Part shown: positions 53,713 to 64,000 of the stretch, one piece after another | How the letters are laid out: the number at the start of each line of letters is the position of its first letter | Numbering within the stretch: position 1 is the stretch's first letter | Source of the DNA: Octopus sinensis | Taxonomy: Eukaryota | Reading direction: 5' to 3' | NCBI RefSeq assembly: GCF_006345805.1 | Contig: NC_042999.1 | Location: 93,806,001 to 93,870,000 of the forward strand | Length of the DNA: 64,000 nucleotides | Translations under genes and position numbers: made by a program | Notes under the pieces: model-generated | What the model was told of the DNA's origin: nothing | The model's input: only the letters and a program-made list of their open reading frames with translations | Database searches by the model: none

Positions 53713-54235
53713 CAACAACAACAACAACAACGAAACTGTAGAGAAGAACAAACACAGAAAGACACAAGCACACCAAACACATGGGCCAGAATAGCCATAG
53801 AAGCAGCAGTAAAGGATATGAAGACAAAGAAAGGGCCATAAGAATGGGAGATAATAACGATAATAGATATAAGAATGAGGATAATAGTGTTGTTGGCAAA
53901 GACAACAACAACAATAACGAAAACAACTATGAAAAGATGCAAACCAACACAATCATTCCTGATGGCAATACACATTGAACCACCGCCACTACCACCTGCA
54001 ACAACAGCAAATCTAACCAAAGTGATGGTAACCAGAGAAACTATAGGAAAGAAAGTATTACAACAGGTATAAATAACACTAACCAATTTCACACCCTATT
54101 TTTCGATCTATGTGATAACTCGTAACAAAAGATTGGACTAAGCGGAGCAGGAGGATACATGTGGGCGGAAAGTGTGGCTGAAAAGATCACAAACGTTTGA
54201 CGAAAGATTTCTAGACGATGGGCATAAGGTGAATA
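53176..54235 (+). mobile_element. Decayed AAC-rich reading frame (53179-54072, two internal stops) followed by a pseudo-LTR-like segment related to 58320-59150
   Basis: ORFs 53179, 53437 and 53875 share one frame. 54133-54230 aligns by eye with the reverse complement of 58330-58430 and with 59055-59140. Confidence 0.5.
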
Positions 54236-54536
54236 AGAACTAATAAACGAATGAAGAACGAATATTTACTGCATGTTTATATTTGGCACAGAAAGAAAAT
54301 GATTATCCCGAGCTAAAATTACACACACACGCACACACACACGCACGCACACACGCATACACACACACACATATATATATATACACCTCTACATATATAT
54401 ATGTATACATACATATATATATACATGCATGAAAAATCTATACATGCATAAAAAAATCTATTGTTATGAATATGTTTATAGAAAATATCGATACAAATAT
54501 TTACACATTGAAACAAATAGGCAAAAAGACAGACAG

Positions 54537-54688
<152 letters not shown>

Positions 54689-55589
54689 ATTACAAATATA
54701 CATACATACGTAGATGCATATTTAGCCGAATCTGAACTGACTCACATAATACGAAAAGGTTAAAGGTAAAATTATATCGACGAGAAAGAAATACCTAGAA
54801 ATATGTTGTACTGCACTAATTCATCATAAAAAAAGTGCTATTGAAAAAAACACGCAATTATGTTAAATCAGAGTATGGGAATTAAAAGTACATGCGATAC
54901 TAAACTATCGAACTCATTTGATGACCTATTTTAAGCAAATTGGAATTCATACGGAGAATGTAACATAAATATTTACATCGGTTTTACAATAAAACTAGAG
55001 ATCATCTATGTAGACAAGATAAGAAATTTTTAAGTTTTGCAAAATTATTAAAAGGGATTAAATGCTGATGCCGTGCACATTTATAATATATTTCACGTAA
55101 GCTATTTCGTTGAAGAATAATTGATTCACAGCTTTATGTGCATTACCTAAAATATTTTCCTGCTAAATTGACTTGGCTCTCTCCCATCAAATTGAACATT
55201 AACATGTAATGATTGAAATATTTCTTCCATACGTTAATATTTAAGAGAATAATGCATTATAATATCTATCTCTATGACTGGTAGAGAATGTCCTAGTCAT
55301 CTAACATGACATTCTCTCATTTTTTTCTTAACGTGTAAATTACGAACTTTCTATAGCCAGTACTGTGTTCAAAACAATTTTAGAATATGATTTTTGAAAG
55401 TTAGCATGGTTGCAAAGAAACGTAAGCCATGCACACACACACTTACACACACACACACACACACACACACAAGATCGCCACAAATAATTGACTCAGAAAG
55501 GCCCTCATTGCTGCAAAGCCGACCATTATATACGTTATTTTCATAAATATTAGATGCTTCGAATGAGACAACAGCAAAGTCAAAGTGAC

Positions 55590-57990
55590 GTACCTGAGGT
55601 ATCTTTGTGTATGCAATCAATTAATATGCATTGCACTGACGGAGACACCACTATCTGCGGCCATACATGATGCAGAGACACACCACACACCAATGTATAC
55701 TGCATTTTATGTAGACAGAAGAGAAAGAAGCAACAGTGGGGTTGCTTTATACATCCGTGATGTCTCACCAATAATTATTCCGTCAAATTTAAAATAGATC
55801 TGTCACAATCACAAAGTGCATTTAAAGCAACATGATCTTGTAACATGCACGTCATATCGCCCACCCGATTCATCAAATCACGAAGGTTAATTTGAGGAAA
55901 GACTTAGAATGTTAGAATACTTACTAAAAACCTAGATGAATGCGTTAATGTAATTCTGATGGGTGACTTCAAAACCTTCAACATCAGATGGCAATAAGGT
56001 GACATAATTTCAGAAATGACGCGCAAAGAGCGTAGTTAAGCAGAATCTCTACTTAATCTCACAAAAATGCGGTTCATGGAGACACTAATACTCTCCGCAA
56101 CCAGTAACGTGATAATTATCCACAATGTGAACACATCCAAAACTAATTAATGATGTACTCCACAATGATGTCTCACAAACATTGTTCAGTTTGAACCAAG
56201 GCTGAACTGAAGTGAACTGAAAAACGGAATCTCTGGCCAAATTGTCTTAAAAGTCTCTCAATAGCAGAAATTGATATGGAAGTTTTAAAATCCATGTAAA
56301 TTATGTGTGCTATATGCGTTGAATTTTAATTTGTTCAAGAAAACAGAGCCATTACATACGAAAACATTCCCCGAAACATTCCCCTTATGAGATGGAGAAT
56401 AAAAATCCCAATGGCTTAAATAAAAATACTTAATGACAACAAGAAATCATTCCTCAAATTGGCACGCTCAAAGATCGATAATAAACACAGACTTTCCAGT
56501 GGAAAGAAAAGGGTAAAAAGAGAATCCAGTGGCTTAGTCTTGGTTTACTACAGGATGAGCGCCACTGTGTGAAGGAGATAGCTCACTAACTGTACACCCC
56601 AGGAGGAGAAGCGAATTGCTAAATAAATAATTCCAAAGTGTCTCCACTTCTCCAATGGGAACATGGAACTAGTGAGCTTTTCAACGCCGCAAATTTACAT
56701 AGGAAAGAGAAAACCATCGATTACACCGACATAAAACAAGGAGATATAATATATATATAATACATAACAGGGAGAGATAATATAATATCTCTCACTTCAC
56801 ATGATGGCAGAGTCATTCAACGCATTGTCAGAAAGACGAAGAACATGATCTTGGGAGGAGGTTAATTCCTCACAGACACAGAACATGGCTTTCGTCCATG
56901 GAAAAACTGCCTCACTACCTACCACAGCATTATGACTGGATAGTGGAACAGTAGCTCAACCAGGCAAATGATGAAGTGATATAACTCGACTTTACTAAGG
57001 GCTTTGACAAATACACTCATGTGACGATGTGTCACAAACAACGTGACCTCGTTATCGTCGGAAAACGGATTGAGTGGCTACATAACGTTTTAAAAAATAG
57101 ATGCCTGAAGTTGCAACCAATGGTACTCCTCATTGGAAGGAGCACCATTCGTAACGGAATCCCCCAATAAACTGTACTGAGATTGCTATTATTTGTGGTG
57201 TCTGTCTCAGACATACCTTCATACATTTAGCCAGTCAATCTCAGCAGCTATGCTAAGGATAGAAAGTATCACAGGCGATGAAAGTCCCTGATGACAAACT
57301 AAAACTGCAATTCAACCAGAACACTGGAGATGCAGTTCAATGCTGAGAAGTTGCAAGCACTCCATTATTGGCCCACAAAGAGAGTACATTCGGAATGCAC
57401 AGGACCATGTGGTAGTGCAATCACAGAGGCAGAGTTGGTGTAGTAACTGGAAATGCACATGAGTAATTATGCAGCATTTCATGCGAGTATTACCAAGATG
57501 ACAACACTGTGCAGAAGTGTAGCTGGATGGATCCTGAAATAATTTAGAACCAGGAAAAAGAATACCATGCTACTCTTATAGAGAACATTCACTCTCAGTC
57601 GTCTGTATTATTGACCCCAAATGTGATCACCTCACAGCGTCAAACTGGTGGCGGAACTTTGGCCAATCCACTACATAAATAAAATGCAATCGGTGAAACC
57701 GATTATCTACTGGGAGATGCTAAAGGAAGGTGTGAAATATATTCAGTGATATACATATGGAAGATTCTGGTGGTCTAGTTCACAATTTTGGAAATAAAAG
57801 CTATAACAACCACCGAAGTGGACGGCACGGCATCTTGCCAAAGGATCCGTCTTTTCCATCATCAAGAATAAGGGCACAGTACTGAGTCTGTTTGTCTGTC
57901 AAACAACCTAAGAGATTTTCAAGGCGTAGATGTGGATGTTTTCAAAGAACGTCTCCACAAACTTTTGAGACAACAGATTGACCAACATCG
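55590..57990 (+). pseudogene. Heavily decayed CR1/L2-group LINE (endonuclease to 3' end)
   Basis: CIALTETPL...DRRERSNSGVALYIR, TSYRPPDS, QHYDWIVE...LDFTKGFD, IYIWKIL. These parallel the 29712-30900 copy. Confidence 0.8.
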
Positions 57991-58319
57991 CTGCAGGAAT
58001 CACAAATAAGTACTTCTCCGTTCAACTCGTACATCGTTTTGAGGGAAAATATTATATAATAAACGTAACTAACTTAAAATCATAAACGTAACTAAAAATA
58101 ATTAAATTGTAGATCAAATTTTCCATTGCAATTTTCTCATAATAGAGAAAAATAAAACATTTAAATATTTCAATATTAAATAATGCATTATATTTAATAG
58201 TTGTTCCTATAATCTAATAATCATATTGTTATATTTTGAGATGGTCATTTTATTTGCTTATTTGTTTCTGCCAAATAAATATACACACAATATATTCATT
58301 CTTCACTTGTTTATTACTG

Positions 58320-59150
58320 TTTTTATTTAAACTCGTGTCCGGTGTCCGGAAATCTTTCGTCAGACATCTGTGACATCTTCAGCGACACTCTCCGTCCTCG
58401 TGTGGGCTCTTGCTCCCATCAGTCCATTATATGATGTGTATCCTTATATGCGTTTGCGTCTGTATTTGTATGTGTGTAAACATGTGTGTGTGTGTGCGAG
58501 TGTGTTCCTGTGAGTACGCATGTCTGTGTTTCGCATGTGTATATCTATATATAGGCTTACGTCTTTTATACTGTTGTCATCGTTATCGTCATTGTTCTTA
58601 GTAGCTCAAGGTTGACGAAAATGACAGTATAAAGGGCTCGGATACAAAGAGTATAATAAGCTAAACCTTATGCACACACAAACTCACAGTAACTTCACAA
58701 ACAGCTGCAACAACACCAACAACGTAACCAACAACAATGACAACAACAACATCGGCAACAATAGCAACAACTACCTCCATGGCAGCAGCCTGGGCGAACA
58801 CAAAAGCAGAGAGATACAGGAACGATGCGAAAAGTTGGGATTAAGGGCAGCGCCAGTGACAACAGGGATGGTTACGGGGAGAGATAAGACTAACGACGAT
58901 AATGATGACAGGAATATAAAGAGCATAAACTGATGTATACACATAAGCTCACATGCAATACACAGACATAAGTACGCACACTCAGCCACACACACACACA
59001 CACACATAAATATGCAAGCGCATGCTCATATAAGTGTACATATCATAGAAGAACGGAATGGACTAAACCGAGGAAGAAAGTGTCACTGAAGAAGCCACAG
59101 ATATGTGATGAAAGACTTCCGAACACTGGACATGAGTTAAAATAAGAATA
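58320..59150. mobile_element. Old inverted-repeat cassette (arms about 58320-58600 / 58885-59150) around an AAC-rich spacer, with outward-facing hammerhead-like motifs
   Basis: Reverse complement of the left arm (GTGTCGCTGAAGATGTCACAGATGTCTGACGAAAGATTTCCGGACACCGGACACGAG) matches 59080-59136 (GTGTCACTGAAGAAGCCACAGATATGTGATGAAAGACTTCCGAACACTGGACATGAG). Confidence 0.75.
58342..58388 (-). ncRNA. Type-I hammerhead-like motif
   Basis: GTGTCG-CTGAAGA-T-GTCA(loop)TGAC-GAAAG-AT-TTC-CG[G]ACAC: bulged 6-bp stem I, 4-bp stem II, near-palindromic AGATTT stem III. Confidence 0.55.
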
Positions 59151-59549
59151 ATAATAAACAAATCAAGAACGAATATCTAGTGCGCAAGTTTATTTAGCAA
59201 AAAAAAAAAAATAAATAAATAAAAGAGAACCTAAAAAACATGACCATTCCGAAATACAAGTACATCTGTTTCAAAACACGGTTTCCCCACATCTGGAATC
59301 TTGCAATAGGAATTCATAAACGTAAGTAATAATCAGAATTTTTCTAAAATTCCTTTTAGCATATTTAGTTTATAGATAACTAAGTGCCGTTACGTAAATT
59401 TTCAGGCATATTTGTTTTAATATATTTCGTTATTATTAACTACTGACGTCATCAAATGCTAAATACTAAACTGACTTTGCCTTGAATATTATATTTCTTC
59501 TTAACGTTCTTGTGTGTGTATGAATATAATTTGGAGCCTCTGTGTAAGC

Positions 59550-59680
59550 ACCAACGCTTCACAACTGCTGATGGCTTGTTTACCTCCTCGTAGCGGCTCG
59601 GCAAAATAGCTAAAGAGAAGAAGTACCTGGCTTACAATATAGGTGTTGTAGGCGCTGTCCTAACATGAGAGCAGTCCAAT
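59550..59680 (+). mobile_element. Degenerate SINE 3' half
   Basis: TAGCGGCTCGGCAAAA...AAGTAC..GGCTTACAA matches the 24331-24718 family. Confidence 0.5.
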
Positions 59681-62600
59681 GAATGAAATAGGTAAAACAT
59701 CAAAGACTAGAAATAAACTTTTAAACATATCTGTGTGTGTGTGTGTGTGTGTGTATGTATGCGTGCGTGCCAATACTGTGATTATATTGGCAGCAAACGT
59801 ATGTATTTCCACTTGTATTTTTGACTGTTAATATATTAAAGCTTCATTTGTAATTAATCTTCATTGAGGATAATTTATTGATAATTAAAATGAAAATTAA
59901 CTTATGAAGGATATTTCTATTCAACATTGTCATACAAAGTGGGGAAGCATTTTTAGTTTAGACCGGTTGGTTTGTGCGTGTTTTGTATTTGTTACGTTAA
60001 ATCCTGCTTCAAAATAGCTTTTGTTAGTGAAACATTGTTTGTTAAACAGTTTTCAGTGTAACTTAATTTCGTTTAGTAGAAATAGATTATGATAGTCACC
60101 CATATCCAACACAAATACGGTAGTCAAATATATCTGCTTCAACCGAAGTACTGATTTACATAAACCTAGATAAGAGATGGTAATTTTCCAATGGACTGGA
60201 TTAATCTCACATGTCAACGGATCAGAAATGCAAATCATAACACTGTAAGAGGAACAGCGTAGATCGAATGCTTCATTTCATTTTTGTTTCAGCTATTCTG
60301 ACTAATTAACTTACAGATGATTGCTGTTCACGAAGAAGCCGCTGAAGAGCAATTTGCAAAGGCAACGTTAACTCTAGTCAATGCATGTGTCACAAACGAT
60401 ATGATATACGATGCTGAATAATACAGTCTGAATTCTTTTCACGGATTTCTTCCACTTGAATGACACAAACATGTAAAGTCATGTCTCATTCCTTTATCAA
60501 TGAGGTTTCCAAACAATTTCCAGAAGTTGCAGTGAAAATTTATCTGACGTTGTAATCCAAACATTGAATATTCAAATGTATGTATGTTTTCTCTTGTTCC
60601 TTCCAGACGGAAAAGAAACAAAATGAACTGTAACTGTCTAGCTTATGAGGAGAGTTGTATTTTTTAATTTTTATTTTACTTTTTGCTGTGTTGGACCAAT
60701 TAACAATATAACAATTATTGCTTGTGTATAAAGCATTTAAATGAAGGTGATTATTCTGTGAAGGTGCGAAATTAATTAAAAGACATTCTTTTAGTTACCC
60801 GTTATATCTTGCTTTTAATAGATAATCAAACTTAGTTTTTCATTCATTGTTTGCAATTATCATTGCCTTGACGTCATACAGTCATCAATGTCTGTCACAA
60901 CAGCATGTATTGTAAACCAGAATTAAATTCTGAAAAACAAAAGAAATGAAGCATATTTACATTACAAACTTCCATACAAACTTTTGCAGAACAATAGATT
61001 TGCAAATCCGAACTAAATGCTGTAGTATTTTTGTAGTTATATTGTTTCTTTTAACTTGTTGATGTTTCAACGTCTGAAGTGTTACCATTCCTTCACGACT
61101 GACAGGAAGAATAAAAATCAAACACTCCTAAAAGTAAAAGACATATTTATATTTGTGGCTTTGCGATAACGTCGAAGTTTCCATTAATGTATGGTACAGT
61201 TGGTTATTTTTCATTTTATACATCACTTATAAACATTACTTCCATCTGTCAAATTTCATTTCAGCCAAAATATATATTAAAAAAGTATTAACTGATGTTA
61301 AATTTTAAAAGTCTAAAAATATACGAACTGATAAACGCATGTAAATACATCATTTGTTACTTGATAAATGATTGTAGAAATAGAATTTACCAAATATTGA
61401 TAATAGATACACTAAAGCGTAATATATTTCCATTAAAGATATTACAACTGTATGTGAATTTGTCTAACAGAAAAAAATCATCTATTTTACTTTAGATATT
61501 CTTGAGATAAATAGTTTTATTCAAAGAACTCATACGTGAAAATGTGTAAGATATTCGAAGATGTGGGTATAAATATTTATTGCTGTCTCCAAAGTTATTA
61601 CAAGGAAAATATAGATATATAACGCAGTTAGGAATATTAAAGTTCTATTTTAAGGGTTGAGTTTATTTTGCAAAATATTCTAACTTCAAAACATAATATA
61701 TACCTCTTTCTCTCCTTTTTGAGAATTGTTACTTCTTTCTTTCTTTCATTTAATCCGATATCTGATTAGTAAAGAAGAAATATATATATGCAGGCGTGTG
61801 TATGTGCTTGTGTGTGTGTGTGTGTGTGTATGTGTGTGTGTGTGCGTGAGTTCTTTTAATCACCCACTGAAATAATGCTGTAATTATCAAACAAACTACC
61901 GTGACACAGTATGTGAAAAGACTGTACTGTTTGAATTAAAGATACAATTCAGTAAATGTATTTATGTGCAGCTTCCGTCTACATAATTTTACGGAAATTA
62001 TCTGGGTTAACTAAGGTGGTGAGCTTTGCAATCTAAGGTTGACTTTGCCTTTCTCCTCTTGATGTCGAAAAAATATGTACCAGTTGATTATTGGCTTTGA
62101 TGGAATCGTCTTACATGCCCCTAAATTGCAGACATTATGACAAAATATGAAACCAATATATGGTGTACCCGAGGATATGGAATCTAACAGCGGACGTTAT
62201 ACTTGTCAAGCAAACGTCTCTACCATTCAGCCAAACACTGATATGTGTACACACACACACACACACATCACTTTCGTATCTGGTTTGCAGGCTTCTTGAC
62301 AGGTTTAATATGTCAATAACATATGAGGCACGCGTAATGGTTCAAGCTTACTATTTTATTACTCACCAAATGGTTTGTTATTTATGCAATGAACTATTAC
62401 AGTGTTTGATTAAGGAAAATAAGTGTCGTCTCTGTTGTGATTTAAATAGAAATAAAAGTACCTTACATATTCCATTTAGCAACTAGAGATGTCAGAAACA
62501 TTGACCTTGAATATTAAACACTTTTTTATAAATACGAAGCGTATATCACAGAATAAAATGTAGTTCCAGGTACACTCTCCTTCAATAGAAAACACGTGAA

Positions 62601-62689
62601 TATTATGCCTTCAAATGTAAGATCTCTTTGTCGGTGCTGAAATAATAAAACATTATCATAGTGCATCCCAATATAATTTAATCTAGCCT

Positions 62690-62845
62690 TTCTGCTATAT
62701 GCAAAAGGTCTGAGACTTATTTTATCTACCTCGAAATCCTGAAAGGCAAAGTCGAGCCCGGCAAAATTAGAACTCAGGAAGAAAAGCCTGAACAGATACC
62801 ACAAAATATTTTGTCCAGTGTTCTGTTCTGCCACCTCACCGGCTT
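62690..62845 (-). mobile_element. tRNA-derived SINE fragment (third family; related piece on plus strand at about 62014-62110)
   Basis: Minus strand GGTGAGGTGGCAGAA...CTGAGTTCTAATTTTGCCGGGCTCGACTTTGCCTTTCA. GACTTTGCCTTTC recurs at 62041. Confidence 0.6.
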
Positions 62846-62887
62846 CCAATATGATTTAAAGTATGAGATATAATTACTCCCCAAGTT

Positions 62888-62952
<65 letters not shown>

Positions 62953-63290
62953 GACATCCGTTTGAAATATGTAAATTTAATTAGCTTGGTTATATCATAG
63001 TGATACCTATGCGAACTCTGAGCTGCAAATTAAAGTTGCCGTATTAAGAAGATTCAATTCGGATTCAGCACATCTATCACTGTATGTTTCAAATTATATA
63101 CTCGGAAACCCATACATACATGATAGCTGCATATATCTATAGGATTTGGTCCAATGGTAGAACATCTCACATGTGTGGAGGAGATGAGGTTTCTAGCCTC
63201 ATACTAGTTCTAAAGACGGAGCCTTGTGTCTTTGTTGGAAATCAACATACTTTACACACATACGCACACACGCATGTGCGCGTATGTATT

Positions 63291-63690
63291 CTTCTGTTTT
63301 ATTTGTTTCAGTCATTTGACTGCGACCATGCTGGAGCACCGACTTAAGTCGAACAAATCGATACCAGGATTTATTCTTTGTAAGCCTAGTACTTATTCTA
63401 TCGGAGTCTTATGACGAACCGCTAAGTTTCGGGGTTCGGGGACGTAAAGACACCAACATCGGTTGTCAAGCGCGATAGTGGGGGGGGGCAAACACAGACA
63501 ATGATATACACTAACACACACACACATATATATATACGACGGGCTTCTTTCAGTTTCCGTCCACGAAATTCACTCAAAAGGGTTTGGACTGTCCGGGGCT
63601 ATAGTAGGAGACACTCGTCCAACGTACCACGCGGTGGGACTGAATCCGGAACCATGTGGTTAGTAAGCAAGCTACTTACCACTCACCCAG
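63291..63690 (-). mobile_element. OR-like SINE, full length
   Basis: Colinear with 24331-24718 from head to tail. Confidence 0.88.
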
Positions 63691-63693
63691 TTC

Positions 63694-63802
63694 TGTATGT
63701 ATGTATGTATGTATGTATGTATGTATGTATGTATGCATGTATGTATGTGTGTATGTATGTATGTATGTATGTATGTATGTATGTATGTATGTATGTATGT
63801 GT
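63694..63802. repeat. (TATG)n microsatellite
   Basis: Directly visible. Confidence 0.95.
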
Positions 63803-64000
63803 ACGAATGGATACGTGCATTTTTGCATGTTTTGTTTTATGTCTTTTCATGCATATATTTGCATATCTAGACATGCTCGTATATAATTGAATGATAAACT
63901 TCTGGAAAGTTTTAGAGGTTTTTACAATTTCAATGATTGCTAGGATCTGTAGACTTCGAATCAGCTTTCTCTTTTCTTGTTTGAAATGCCTAATTTCTCA

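Noticed and set aside
62160-62235. tRNA-like sequence on the minus strand
   Set aside because: No complete cloverleaf; more likely a decayed SINE head.

Overview
AT-rich, microsatellite-dense eukaryotic genomic DNA, inferred to be coleoid cephalopod (octopus-like) from its tRNA-derived SINE families and repeat profile. I found no intact host protein-coding gene. Almost all recognisable coding sequence is decayed transposon: RTE, CR1/L2-group and restriction-like-endonuclease (R4/Dong-like, HERO-like) LINEs, a near full-length DD34D mariner plus other mariner remnants, a Tigger-like MITE, a GTF2IRD2-like hAT, and Penelope-like element (PLE) RT and GIY-YIG remnants. The most striking unexplained structure is a series of inverted-repeat cassettes from at least six apparently unrelated families (3486-4414, 10254-11987, 24781-25607, 27541-29525, 39881-40086, 58320-59150), most next to (TA)n. 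Their arms carry type-I hammerhead-ribozyme-like cores (CUGANGA...GAAA...NUH), usually facing outward. One core (29460-29510) is nearly canonical, and two related copies (25359-25420, 27132-27198) show compensatory stem changes. These look like non-autonomous, ribozyme-bearing PLE pseudo-LTR (retrozyme-like) elements. All alignments, translations and folds were done by eye, and many TE boundaries are approximate (tens of bases).
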